Source: a virus (taxonomy: Duplodnaviria; Caudoviricetes). Taken from it: 39,455 nucleotides of DNA. Positions within the stretch are counted from its first letter, which is position 1. The number at the start of each line of letters is the position of its first letter. Made by a program: the position numbers and the translations under genes. The notes beneath the pieces were generated by a model. The model did no database searches. It was not told the origin of the DNA and was given only the letters and a program-made list of their open reading frames with translations. The stretch covers positions 1 through 39,455 of IMG/VR virus record IMGVR_UViG_3300035492_000055; one strand, 5' to 3'. Shown piece after piece: positions 6,124-13,910 of the stretch.

Positions 6124-6141
6124 CTAGGACTGGGGGTAAAT
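6124..6141 (-). promoter_or_regulatory. Phage RNAP promoter (phiOR-like position)
   Basis: ATTTACCCCCAGTCCTAG, one of six intergenic copies. Confidence 0.8.
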
Positions 6142-6164
6142 CCAGAGGCTCTAGCATGCGGGTT

Positions 6165-7853
6165 TCAGAAGGGGTCTCCAAGGCTCAGCCAGTCACTGGA
6201 GGAGGCACTTCTGCCCTTCCCGAAGACGCTGTCCATGAAGCCTTCCAGTTCCCTGTCCAGAAGCTCCTGGCGATGCTTCTCAGCTTCGACTTTGCCGTCC
6301 AAGGCCATCTGCTCCACCCAGTACGCAACAGCCCCTGCAAGGGCTTCCAGGCGGTCGTCGTGGGCAAGTGCTCCACGGTCTCTGGTGATGCGAGCCAGCT
6401 GGTAGAAGGCGCTGTACTTGAGGTCATGCTCTGCAGTGCGGTAGTCCTCCTCCACCACTCTGGTGTCGATGATGAGGCGATGCTGCATAAGCACAGGCTC
6501 CAGAGTGTCAATCACCCGGAGTTCCTTCTGGCCTACGCTGCGTTCCTCTTCAATCTCACAATTGTGGATGCGTCGGAGGTAGGGCTTGAACAGCTCTGAG
6601 AACATGCCATCACCGAAGTTCGACTCCACCCGGATGGCCTTGACGGAGTGCGTCTTGGCAATCTTGGCGAGCTGCTCCAGGGTGGTCTCAGAGTAGCCGT
6701 CACGGAAACCGCCGAGGGCCGTACAGAACAGGTAGCCGTGGAGGAACTTAACCACTGCATACGCTGTTTCGTCCTTACCTCGACCAGAGGGGTCAATGAA
6801 CATGACGGTGCCTTGGTACTCGACCGTCTCCGGGGCATACCAGAGGGGGTAATGGTAGCGGTCCCCTTGGAGACCAACTGTTGGGAGGTCTGCGACCTGC
6901 TGGGGACCAGATGCCCAAGTGAAGTCGACAGGAGCCTTGCGGCCATCCAGGGACATCACCATCAGATCGGCCAGCTTCAGGGGGTACTTGTCGGCATCAC
7001 TGAGGCTGGTGTCCAGCATGAACTGCAGAGCGAAGCCAGCTTTACCGTAGGACAGCAGACGCTTATCCAGGTCTTCATCGCTGAATCGTCTGGGTTCAGT
7101 GGTCTGGCCTACGATGGACTGGTCTTGGAAGTACTTGTCCATGATGACCGGCGCAATGTCGCCCTTGTAGCGGGCAGCTTCGGTGTCGTCGATGAACTTG
7201 GCAGGCCAGATGCGGCGCTTGTAGCCACGCTCAACCAAGGTGTTGTATAGCGACATCTCACACTGGGGGGTTCCCAGATAGATGATGCGGGAGGTCTTGA
7301 GCGGCTTGATAACCGCGTCGAACTCCTTCACCAGCTCTGCCAGTTTGTCCCTGGCACCTTGAGTGGCTGAGTTGTTCAACACCTCCACGTCGTCGGCAAT
7401 GATGACGTCTGCACGGCTACCAGTAATCTGGCCGGTGATACCGACAGACTTCACAGAGGGTGAGTGGTCGGCTGTCGCCGGACCCACGTCAAAGGAGATT
7501 TTGGAGTCTCGTTGTTCGGCTCTCGGGGCCAGGACATTGAGAAACGGTACTTCGTCGATGAGACGTCTGGTGAACGTCGAGAAGGAGTCAGCACGTTCTT
7601 TCGAGGCTGACACAACCATGATTTTGAGTTGGGGGTTTCGATATAGGAGCCAGAGCACGAAGGCAGAGGTAACAAACGACTTCCCTACCCCACGGAACGC
7701 CATGATGATGAGTCGTTCGGGTCCGTGTTGTAGGTAGGCCGCAATGTCCTTCTGAATCCAGGTCGGCGCGGGCAGGTTCAGGTACTTCCAGATGACAGCC
7801 AGGAAGAACGTGAAGTCCTCCCTTAGCCGTTTATCGAACTCTTGGGGGGACAT
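6165..7853 (-). CDS. Terminase large subunit (T7 gp19-like)
   Basis: AFRGVGKS Walker A, ITGSRADVIIADDVE, IDPSGRGKDETAY, HDDRLEALA. Confidence 0.97.
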   Translation of the reverse strand: MSPQEFDKRLREDFTFFLAVIWKYLNLPAPTWIQKDIAAYLQHGPERLIIMAFRGVGKSFVTSAFVLWLLYRNPQLKIMVVSASKERADSFSTFTRRLIDEVPFLNVLAPRAEQRDSKISFDVGPATADHSPSVKSVGITGQITGSRADVIIADDVEVLNNSATQGARDKLAELVKEFDAVIKPLKTSRIIYLGTPQCEMSLYNTLVERGYKRRIWPAKFIDDTEAARYKGDIAPVIMDKYFQDQSIVGQTTEPRRFSDEDLDKRLLSYGKAGFALQFMLDTSLSDADKYPLKLADLMVMSLDGRKAPVDFTWASGPQQVADLPTVGLQGDRYHYPLWYAPETVEYQGTVMFIDPSGRGKDETAYAVVKFLHGYLFCTALGGFRDGYSETTLEQLAKIAKTHSVKAIRVESNFGDGMFSELFKPYLRRIHNCEIEEERSVGQKELRVIDTLEPVLMQHRLIIDTRVVEEDYRTAEHDLKYSAFYQLARITRDRGALAHDDRLEALAGAVAYWVEQMALDGKVEAEKHRQELLDRELEGFMDSVFGKGRSASSSDWLSLGDPF

Positions 7854-7867
7854 TAAGGCGGGACTCC

Positions 7868-7900
7868 GAGAAGCCCCCAGAATGGCTCTAGGGGCGTCTC
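7868..7900 (-). promoter_or_regulatory. Intergenic RNA hairpin between terminase subunits
   Basis: GAGACGCCCCTAGAG-CCA-TTCTGGGGGCTTCTC, no U-tract. Confidence 0.5.
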
Positions 7901-7909
7901 AAAAGCGGG

Positions 7910-8143
7910 TCAATGGGTAAGGCCACCTGCGATGTCATCCTCGTCAACATGGCTCGCTGCGGCGGCCAGAGCGGCCAGATGCGGGTCAGTCTTGGGGACA
8001 TCGACGTGGTTGTCTTTGAGGAGTTGGCGAGCCACGTTCAGCTCTGAGGCTGAGGCGGTGCCATCTTGGATACGCTTGAGGAGGTCTTTGGCGAGGTGCA
8101 GCTGGAGTTGGTCAAGGAGTTGCGCGAGGGTCAGCTCACTCAT
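7910..8143 (-). CDS. Terminase small subunit (T7 gp18-like)
   Basis: LLKRIQDGTASASELNVARQLLKDN motif; directly upstream of TerL. Confidence 0.85.
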   Translation of the reverse strand: MSELTLAQLLDQLQLHLAKDLLKRIQDGTASASELNVARQLLKDNHVDVPKTDPHLAALAAAASHVDEDDIAGGLTH

Positions 8144-8349
8144 TGAACCTCCTTGCCATGGATGTCCCGGATAATCTCCGAGCCGTCCGGGCGGTACTCC
8201 AGCTTCTGCTTGCGGCCTTCCTCGTCAACGAACAGCAGATCGAAGAAGCCGTGACGGTACTCAAAGACTTCGTACTCGATGTTCGCCTTCTTCAACTCGG
8301 CTTCCTTGGCCTGCAGGTCGGTTTGGTCGGTCTTCTTCGCTCGTGCCAT
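8140..8349 (-). CDS. Hypothetical protein
   Basis: 69 aa, ATGA-coupled to TerS. Confidence 0.65.
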   Translation of the reverse strand: MARAKKTDQTDLQAKEAELKKANIEYEVFEYRHGFFDLLFVDEEGRKQKLEYRPDGSEIIRDIHGKEVQ

Positions 8350-8355
8350 GGTGGT

Positions 8356-8508
8356 TTACTCGCTCTTGGTTCGTGCGTTCAGGGTGACGTAGGCGACCAG
8401 GGCGTCATCGACGGTGTTGTCGGTACGCTTGGCCAGTTCTTTCAGGGCGACCAGAGCCAGCTGCTTGGCAGCTTCGGTGGTCAGGGCTTTAACCAGGAGT
8501 TGGAACAT
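8356..8508 (-). CDS. Small amphipathic protein with LAKRTDNTVDD motif
   Basis: Motif seen in small late proteins of marine T7-like phages; RBS AGGA; function unknown. Confidence 0.6.
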   Translation of the reverse strand: MFQLLVKALTTEAAKQLALVALKELAKRTDNTVDDALVAYVTLNARTKSE

Positions 8509-8518
8509 TGGTGGTTTC

Positions 8519-8758
8519 CTATTCATAGCGCCGCCAGCCACGGTTCTTCTTCCGGCTGGTGATGCGGAGGTTTGAGGGGGAGTTGTTGAGGGGGTTGCGG
8601 TTCTTGTGGTCGACGTCTTTACCGTCGCCTTTGCGGGCCTTGCCCTTTTGAATCATCAGCCGTCTTGCGGCATTGCGAGACGCTCGTCTCTTCTTTTGCT
8701 CCGGTTTGGAGTGGTATTCGCGGTATTCTTTGGCGTAGTCGCGGTTACGCTTTGCCAT
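8519..8758 (-). CDS. Small HNH endonuclease-like protein
   Basis: GDGKDVDHKN...NNSPSNLRITSRKKNR. Confidence 0.8.
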   Translation of the reverse strand: MAKRNRDYAKEYREYHSKPEQKKRRASRNAARRLMIQKGKARKGDGKDVDHKNRNPLNNSPSNLRITSRKKNRGWRRYE

Positions 8759-9179
8759 TCACCACATCCGGCCAGCGGCCAGTTCGGACCATGTCACGCA
8801 GACGGGTTGCTCGAGACCCGACCTGTCTTGCCCAGCGGGAGTCCATCATCTCCACAGCTGCGGTATCCCAATCCTTCCGGGACATTGCAGCGAGGAACTT
8901 GCGGAAACCACGCAGGCGGCTGAGACCAAGGTTGAACAGCATGTCCACCATCACATGGCGGCGTACTTCGTCGAGGGTTGAGGCCCACGGGAAAGCGGTC
9001 TGAAGCTCTGTCTCCACGCGCTTGATGTCGTTGGCCAGGAGGAAGTCGGATTCCTCCCGGGTGATACCAACGTCTTCAAGGTTGCGGCCTACACCGATGG
9101 TCAACTTGCCAGCGGTACAGCGGTAGGGCTTCAGCCGCTCCCCCTCGTGGATTCTGAGGAGGGCGACTGTCTTGCTCAT
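8745..9179 (-). CDS. Endolysin, T4-type lysozyme (GH24)
   Basis: HEGERLKPYRCTAGKLTIGVG, DMLFNLG, SRWARQVGSRA. Confidence 0.92.
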   Translation of the reverse strand: MSKTVALLRIHEGERLKPYRCTAGKLTIGVGRNLEDVGITREESDFLLANDIKRVETELQTAFPWASTLDEVRRHVMVDMLFNLGLSRLRGFRKFLAAMSRKDWDTAAVEMMDSRWARQVGSRATRLRDMVRTGRWPDVVNGKA

Positions 9180-9400
9180 ATCAGGTAGTTGAGGATTACT
9201 GCTGCGAGGGTGGAAACGACCAGCGCGGCACCGAGGACTTTGGCCTTGTCCTTCTCGAGGATGGACACACGTTCGTCTAGTGCCGCATGGCGTTCGTTGT
9301 TGAGGGTTTGGTTTGAGAGAAGAGCGTCGACCTTTGCGGTCAACTGGCCAAGCATGAAGAGGATGGACGACTGGCTGTCGTTGTCGTGTTTCTGGTCCAC
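9176..9400 (-). CDS. Coiled-coil protein with C-terminal TM helix (holin-like lysis accessory)
   Basis: LDERVSILE coil then VLGAALVVSTLAAVILNYLI; ATGA-coupled to the lysozyme. Confidence 0.6.
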   Translation of the reverse strand: MDQKHDNDSQSSILFMLGQLTAKVDALLSNQTLNNERHAALDERVSILEKDKAKVLGAALVVSTLAAVILNYLI

Positions 9401-9619
9401 TTAGCCTCCGGTCAGGCTCTCAGGCAATCGGAGGACAGTGCAGAACACGTCTGTGACAGCAGTGACTGTCTGCTCACCACCTACAGGTAGGATGGCGGCA
9501 CGGCCAACGACCAGCTCCTGCGTCTCGCCAGAGACAACATGGACTGTCCGCTCACCGTCGTCATAGCGAAACACACGGCTCTCGCCCGGTCCAAGATAGA
9601 CCCGCTCGATCTTAAACAT
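9401..9619 (-). CDS. 72-aa beta-rich, cupin-like protein
   Basis: LGPGESRVF...VHVVSGE...TVTAVTDV; RBS GGAG. Confidence 0.6.
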   Translation of the reverse strand: MFKIERVYLGPGESRVFRYDDGERTVHVVSGETQELVVGRAAILPVGGEQTVTAVTDVFCTVLRLPESLTGG

Positions 9620-10169
9620 TGCGATGCTCCAGTATTGCGATATGGGTTTCGGTTGTAGCTGTAAACGTCTCACCTGCAGCGCCTGAGAATGCCTTACCGG
9701 TATGGTCCCCAAACATGGATACGATTGCCCAGGTGTTTTCGGTGAACGTGAAGGTGTCGCCGGGTGAAAGGTGCCGGTGCCACAGGTCGTGAGCCTCACG
9801 GAACGCCCTGTCGCCGGGACCGGCTACGCATAGCCACTCACTGTTAGTCAGTCCTTCATAGTCGAACTCGGCTTCAAAGATGATGCCCCCGGCCACTACC
9901 TCCCAGGAACCAAGCCACTCGGACGGCTGGTCGAGCGCAGATGAGTGGATTCTGACGTGTCCAGGCGGCGGTACGATGGTGATGGTTGACATAGAGTTCA
10001 GACCGTCAGCTCGTTCCGAAAGGCGTGGGTCCAGACGGCTCGGGGTGTAAACCCGATGGGTCTCCCCTGCTTTGATTTGCAGCGTGTAGAAACACAGCGG
10101 CAGCCCTTGGTAGTAGACCCAGCGTTTGGGTGCCTTTTCTTCGATTCGATGGATAGGAAGCTCCTGCAT
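9612..10169 (-). CDS. Beta-rich hypothetical protein, tandem cupin-like
   Basis: IKAGETH, LSPGDTF and AGETFTATTETHIA patterns; TAATG-coupled to the upstream gene. Confidence 0.65.
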   Translation of the reverse strand: MQELPIHRIEEKAPKRWVYYQGLPLCFYTLQIKAGETHRVYTPSRLDPRLSERADGLNSMSTITIVPPPGHVRIHSSALDQPSEWLGSWEVVAGGIIFEAEFDYEGLTNSEWLCVAGPGDRAFREAHDLWHRHLSPGDTFTFTENTWAIVSMFGDHTGKAFSGAAGETFTATTETHIAILEHRNV

Positions 10170-10708
10170 TACGCTCTCCTGAAGAGTACTCGTAGGGTAT
10201 TGCCTACGTTGTTTATGAAGTAGTTTTGAAGTTCTGCGGTGATTTGTTGAGATGCGCCTGAGATGTTCTTGTCCTGGTAGAACGCAGGCACGTTAATCTC
10301 TACATCACCAACCTTGAGCACCGTGGCCGGGACGTTAGCTGACCCTCCCTCGACCCTATATCCGACGTATAGGTAACGCTTACCGGAATAGTTGTAGGTG
10401 TAGAGGAGGAACAACGCTGGAACTGTGTTATCGAGGTTGCCTTGGATGAGTGGGTCGTTCTCATACAGTTCTACACAACTTCCATAACCTAGTAGGGTAT
10501 TCAGCCCCCAACCCGTGGAACTACCTTGGTCGCCTGTGCCGAAAGTAACGTCCCACGCTGCCACCGCACCGAAACCACTCCATTGGCTGACCCAGATACC
10601 GTTCTCCTTTCGGTATAGCTCCTGGGCCTCTACCCATTCAGTTCCCTGTTTCACCAGGATGCTGGAAGGGGCCGTCCAGACCCCTCCCTGTTTCACTTGT
10701 AGTGTCAT
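10169..10708 (-). CDS. Putative tail-fibre tip / adhesin
   Basis: N-terminal VKQGGVW/VKQGTEW/RKENGIW repeats then an aromatic beta domain; follows the fibre gene; visibly lower GC. Confidence 0.6.
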   Translation of the reverse strand: MTLQVKQGGVWTAPSSILVKQGTEWVEAQELYRKENGIWVSQWSGFGAVAAWDVTFGTGDQGSSTGWGLNTLLGYGSCVELYENDPLIQGNLDNTVPALFLLYTYNYSGKRYLYVGYRVEGGSANVPATVLKVGDVEINVPAFYQDKNISGASQQITAELQNYFINNVGNTLRVLFRRA

Positions 10709-10711
10709 TTC

Positions 10712-13700
10712 TTACACCTGAATCCAGATGTCACCGTCTGCTCCATCACTCGCTGTCGGAGCCGCAGAAGACACGGTGATGTTCATGTTTGCTGCGGAAC
10801 CCAAGCCAGTGACCTCAGACGCCAAGTGGGTGTGCGCTTCCGGTGTGAACGTGGTGGGCTTGCTGGTTACCTCGCTCCAGGTAGGCCACCGGCTCGTGTA
10901 GACAGGCGCTCCAGTGATTTGGGACCAAGCATGGGTGTGGGTGGACGGGGTAAACGAAGTCGGTTTCCCAGTCACCTCACTCCACGCAGGCCAGCGAGAA
11001 GCTGTCTCTGGAACCTCACTCAAATCACTCCAAGCATGACCGTGAGCCGACGGTGCGAAGGTGGTCGGCTTGCTTGTCACCTCAGCCCAGGTCGGCCACC
11101 GTGTGGCAGTCGTCGGGGCACCAGTGATGTCCGCCCAGGCGTGGCCGTGGTCTGCCGGAGTGAACTCCGTAGGTACGCCAGTCAGGTCAGTCCATGCGTG
11201 GCCGTGAGCCGACGGCGGGAAGGTCGTAGGCTTACTGGTTACCTCAGTCCAGGTCGGCCACCGTGTGGCAGTCGCAGGCGCTCCCGTGATTTGCGACCAA
11301 CTATGGTTGTGCGCAGTGGGAGCGAATGTCGCCGGTTTGTCCGACACCTCGGTCCATGAAGGCCACCGTGTGGCAGTCGCCGGGGGGTCATTCAGCTCAT
11401 CCCAGTCGTGCGTATGCACTGTAGGTGTGAACGATGTCGGTTTCCCTGTCACCTCGCCCCAAGCAGGCCATCTGGTTGCAGTCGCAGGTGCCCCAGTGAT
11501 GTCACCCCAAGCGTGGCCATGGGCCGACGGCGGGTACTCGGTAGGCGCTCCTGTGATTTGACTCCAGGGGTGGGTGTGGCTGGACGGGGCGAACGTCGTA
11601 GGCTTTCCGGTGATGGCCGACCAAGCATGGGTGTGGCTGGTCGCTGCCTTTCCGGCCAGTGCCGTCGCAACCGCAGTGCTGATGGGTTTATCAGCATCCG
11701 ACGTGTTGTTCACGTTCCCCAGGCCCAGGTTGGTCCTTGCGACTGCTGCGTCGGTCAGGTTAGCGAGGTTGTCAGAGTTCTTTGCGAAGTCCGCAACGTC
11801 GCCACCAGTGAACGCAGAAACGTCCTGCCGGAGCTGGTCGAAGTCAGCCTCCAGGTTGGTTGCGGTGGTCTCTGCGGTGGTTGCCCGCTGGCCTGCAAGT
11901 TGCGCCGCAGCGTTAGCCTGAACAGCAGCATCAGCAGCGTCCTGGGCGGCAGTCTCAGCGTCACTGGCAGCAGTTTCTGCAGCTGTTGCACGAGTCAGAG
12001 CTGTGTTGGCGGTAGTGACCGCTTGGTTGGCGGCAGTGACCGCGTCACCACTCTGGTTCAGGGCTGTAGTTGCGTACCCATTAGCGGCATCAGCTACGTT
12101 CCTGGCTTGGTTGGCGGTGTTGATTGCGAGGATAACGCTCTCAGCGGCCTGCGCAGCGTCCGCAGCAGCTACACCAGCAGTCTCCTCAGCCGCATTAGCC
12201 GTGGCGATAGCTGTGTCTGCCTTGGTGTTCGCAGAGGCTGCGACAGATGACGCACTGTTGGCGGTAGTGACTGCAGCAGCCGAATCGGTTATCGCCTTGT
12301 TCGCTTTGGTCAGCGCCGACGCACTATCGGTCTTAGCTGTTGCCGCGTCAGCCGCTGCTGTGGTTGCCAGGGTCTTGGCCTCGTTCGCTACTACCGCATC
12401 AGCAGCCGCTGCTTGAGCTGCCGCGTTTGCACTTGCTGCATCAGCCGCTGCATCCTCTGCCGCCGTCTCCGCAGCAGTAGCCTTGGTTAGCGCAGTGGAA
12501 GCCTTTGTGTCAGCGTTCCCGGCCACGGTCGCCGCGTTGTTGGCTGTGGTGACCGCTGATGATGCAGCACTTGAGGCGCTGTTGGCTGTGGACACCGCTG
12601 CCGCCGCGTTCGTCACCGCAGTAGCTGCATCAGACGCCGCCGCATCAGCAGTGGTCTTTGCAGCCTGTGCGATAGCCGCGTCGTCCGCTGCAGATGCCGC
12701 TGAGTTAGCTGCCGAGGTAGCCGCAGCTTCCGCATCCGTCGCACGGGTCAGTGCTGTGGTCGCCTTGGTGTTAGCGTTACCTGCGACGGTCGCTGCGTTG
12801 TTTGCAGTGGTGACTGCCGAGGCCGCGTCAGAGGCTGCTTGGTTGGCCGTGGCGACCGCTTCAGCACTCTCTGCCTTGGCGGCATTTGCCGTGGTCAGTG
12901 CAGTGCCTGCAACAGCCGCATCAGCCGCTGCAGAGGTCGCAGCGTTGCTGGCAGTGGTAGCGGCTTGCTGAGCAGCTTCCGAGGCTTCCTGCGCTGCTCC
13001 AGCGGCCTCCAGGGCATCATCTGCCTTACTCTCGGCAGCGTTTGCTGTTGTCACTGCAGCAGTGGAATTGCTCAACGCCTGAGTGGCTTTACCGTCGGCA
13101 GCATTGGCAGTCGTTACCGCACCGTTTGCAGAGGAAACCGCCGAGGCACTCTCGGTCTTTGCTTGGTTGGCTGTGGCGTATGCCGTTTCGGCTGTGCTCT
13201 TGGCGGTGTTCGCAGTGGACACAGCAGAGGACGCCTGAGTGCTTGCAGCGGTTGCTGTGGTCTTCGCAGACGTCGAGTCAGCTACTGCCTGGGTTGCCTT
13301 GGACAAGGCTTCAGTTGCCTTTGAGTCGGCAGCGTTGGCTGTGGTGACAGCAGAGTTGGCTACTTCCGCGCTGGCAGCAGCCTCGTCGGCCTTCTGGTTC
13401 GCCTGAGCCGCGCTATTGGCTGCATAGACTGCTGCCTGCTCTGCATCAGCCGCACGGGCCTCTGCAGCAGCGGCCTTGGTCTCAGCCTGCTGAGCGGCAG
13501 CGATAGCTGTTCCAGCATCCTCAGCGGCCTGCTGGGCAGCTTCCAGGGCAGCGACCAGATTGGTGTCTGCGACGCCTCGCGCCAGGATGCCTTCGTCGAT
13601 TGCCTCTTGAGCAATGTAGAAGGTCTGCTTGGCCAGCAGCGTGAGGTTCTTCTCACTCAGGAGTGCGCCGGTAGCGCCGATGACCAGAGACTCATCACGT

Positions 13701-13900
13701 TCGGTGACTCGACGAATCTCCAGAGTGCTTCCGCTTGGAATGGGGGTATTGATTTGGATGATGCCGGGGGAGAGAAACACAAAGGGGACCGAAGTCCCCT
13801 CTGAAGTTACCTTGACGTCGCTCTCGTATAGATACGGGAACGGAACCGAGAACTCACGGCTCGTTCCATCCCCCGGATAAAACACAAGGGAGTTGTACAT
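10712..13900 (-). CDS. Long tail fibre with T7 gp17-like N-terminal anchor
   Basis: YPGDGTSREFSVPFPYL anchor, long Ala/Thr-rich coil, ARTNLGLGNVNNTSDADKPIS, ten HxH repeats; RBS GAGGTG before ATG 13900. Confidence 0.92.
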   Translation of the reverse strand: MYNSLVFYPGDGTSREFSVPFPYLYESDVKVTSEGTSVPFVFLSPGIIQINTPIPSGSTLEIRRVTERDESLVIGATGALLSEKNLTLLAKQTFYIAQEAIDEGILARGVADTNLVAALEAAQQAAEDAGTAIAAAQQAETKAAAAEARAADAEQAAVYAANSAAQANQKADEAAASAEVANSAVTTANAADSKATEALSKATQAVADSTSAKTTATAASTQASSAVSTANTAKSTAETAYATANQAKTESASAVSSANGAVTTANAADGKATQALSNSTAAVTTANAAESKADDALEAAGAAQEASEAAQQAATTASNAATSAAADAAVAGTALTTANAAKAESAEAVATANQAASDAASAVTTANNAATVAGNANTKATTALTRATDAEAAATSAANSAASAADDAAIAQAAKTTADAAASDAATAVTNAAAAVSTANSASSAASSAVTTANNAATVAGNADTKASTALTKATAAETAAEDAAADAASANAAAQAAAADAVVANEAKTLATTAAADAATAKTDSASALTKANKAITDSAAAVTTANSASSVAASANTKADTAIATANAAEETAGVAAADAAQAAESVILAINTANQARNVADAANGYATTALNQSGDAVTAANQAVTTANTALTRATAAETAASDAETAAQDAADAAVQANAAAQLAGQRATTAETTATNLEADFDQLRQDVSAFTGGDVADFAKNSDNLANLTDAAVARTNLGLGNVNNTSDADKPISTAVATALAGKAATSHTHAWSAITGKPTTFAPSSHTHPWSQITGAPTEYPPSAHGHAWGDITGAPATATRWPAWGEVTGKPTSFTPTVHTHDWDELNDPPATATRWPSWTEVSDKPATFAPTAHNHSWSQITGAPATATRWPTWTEVTSKPTTFPPSAHGHAWTDLTGVPTEFTPADHGHAWADITGAPTTATRWPTWAEVTSKPTTFAPSAHGHAWSDLSEVPETASRWPAWSEVTGKPTSFTPSTHTHAWSQITGAPVYTSRWPTWSEVTSKPTTFTPEAHTHLASEVTGLGSAANMNITVSSAAPTASDGADGDIWIQV
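10826..11640 (-). repeat. Coding tandem repeats (HxHxW / RWPxW units)
   Basis: 10 HxH and 6 RWPxW units; DNA repeat GGCCACCGTGTGGCAGTCG recurs. Confidence 0.9.
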
Positions 13901-13910
13901 CTGCACCTCA

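Noticed and set aside
10826-11640. Diversity-generating retroelement TR/VR pair in fibre repeats
   Set aside because: No reverse transcriptase; differences are not adenine-specific and follow protein repeats
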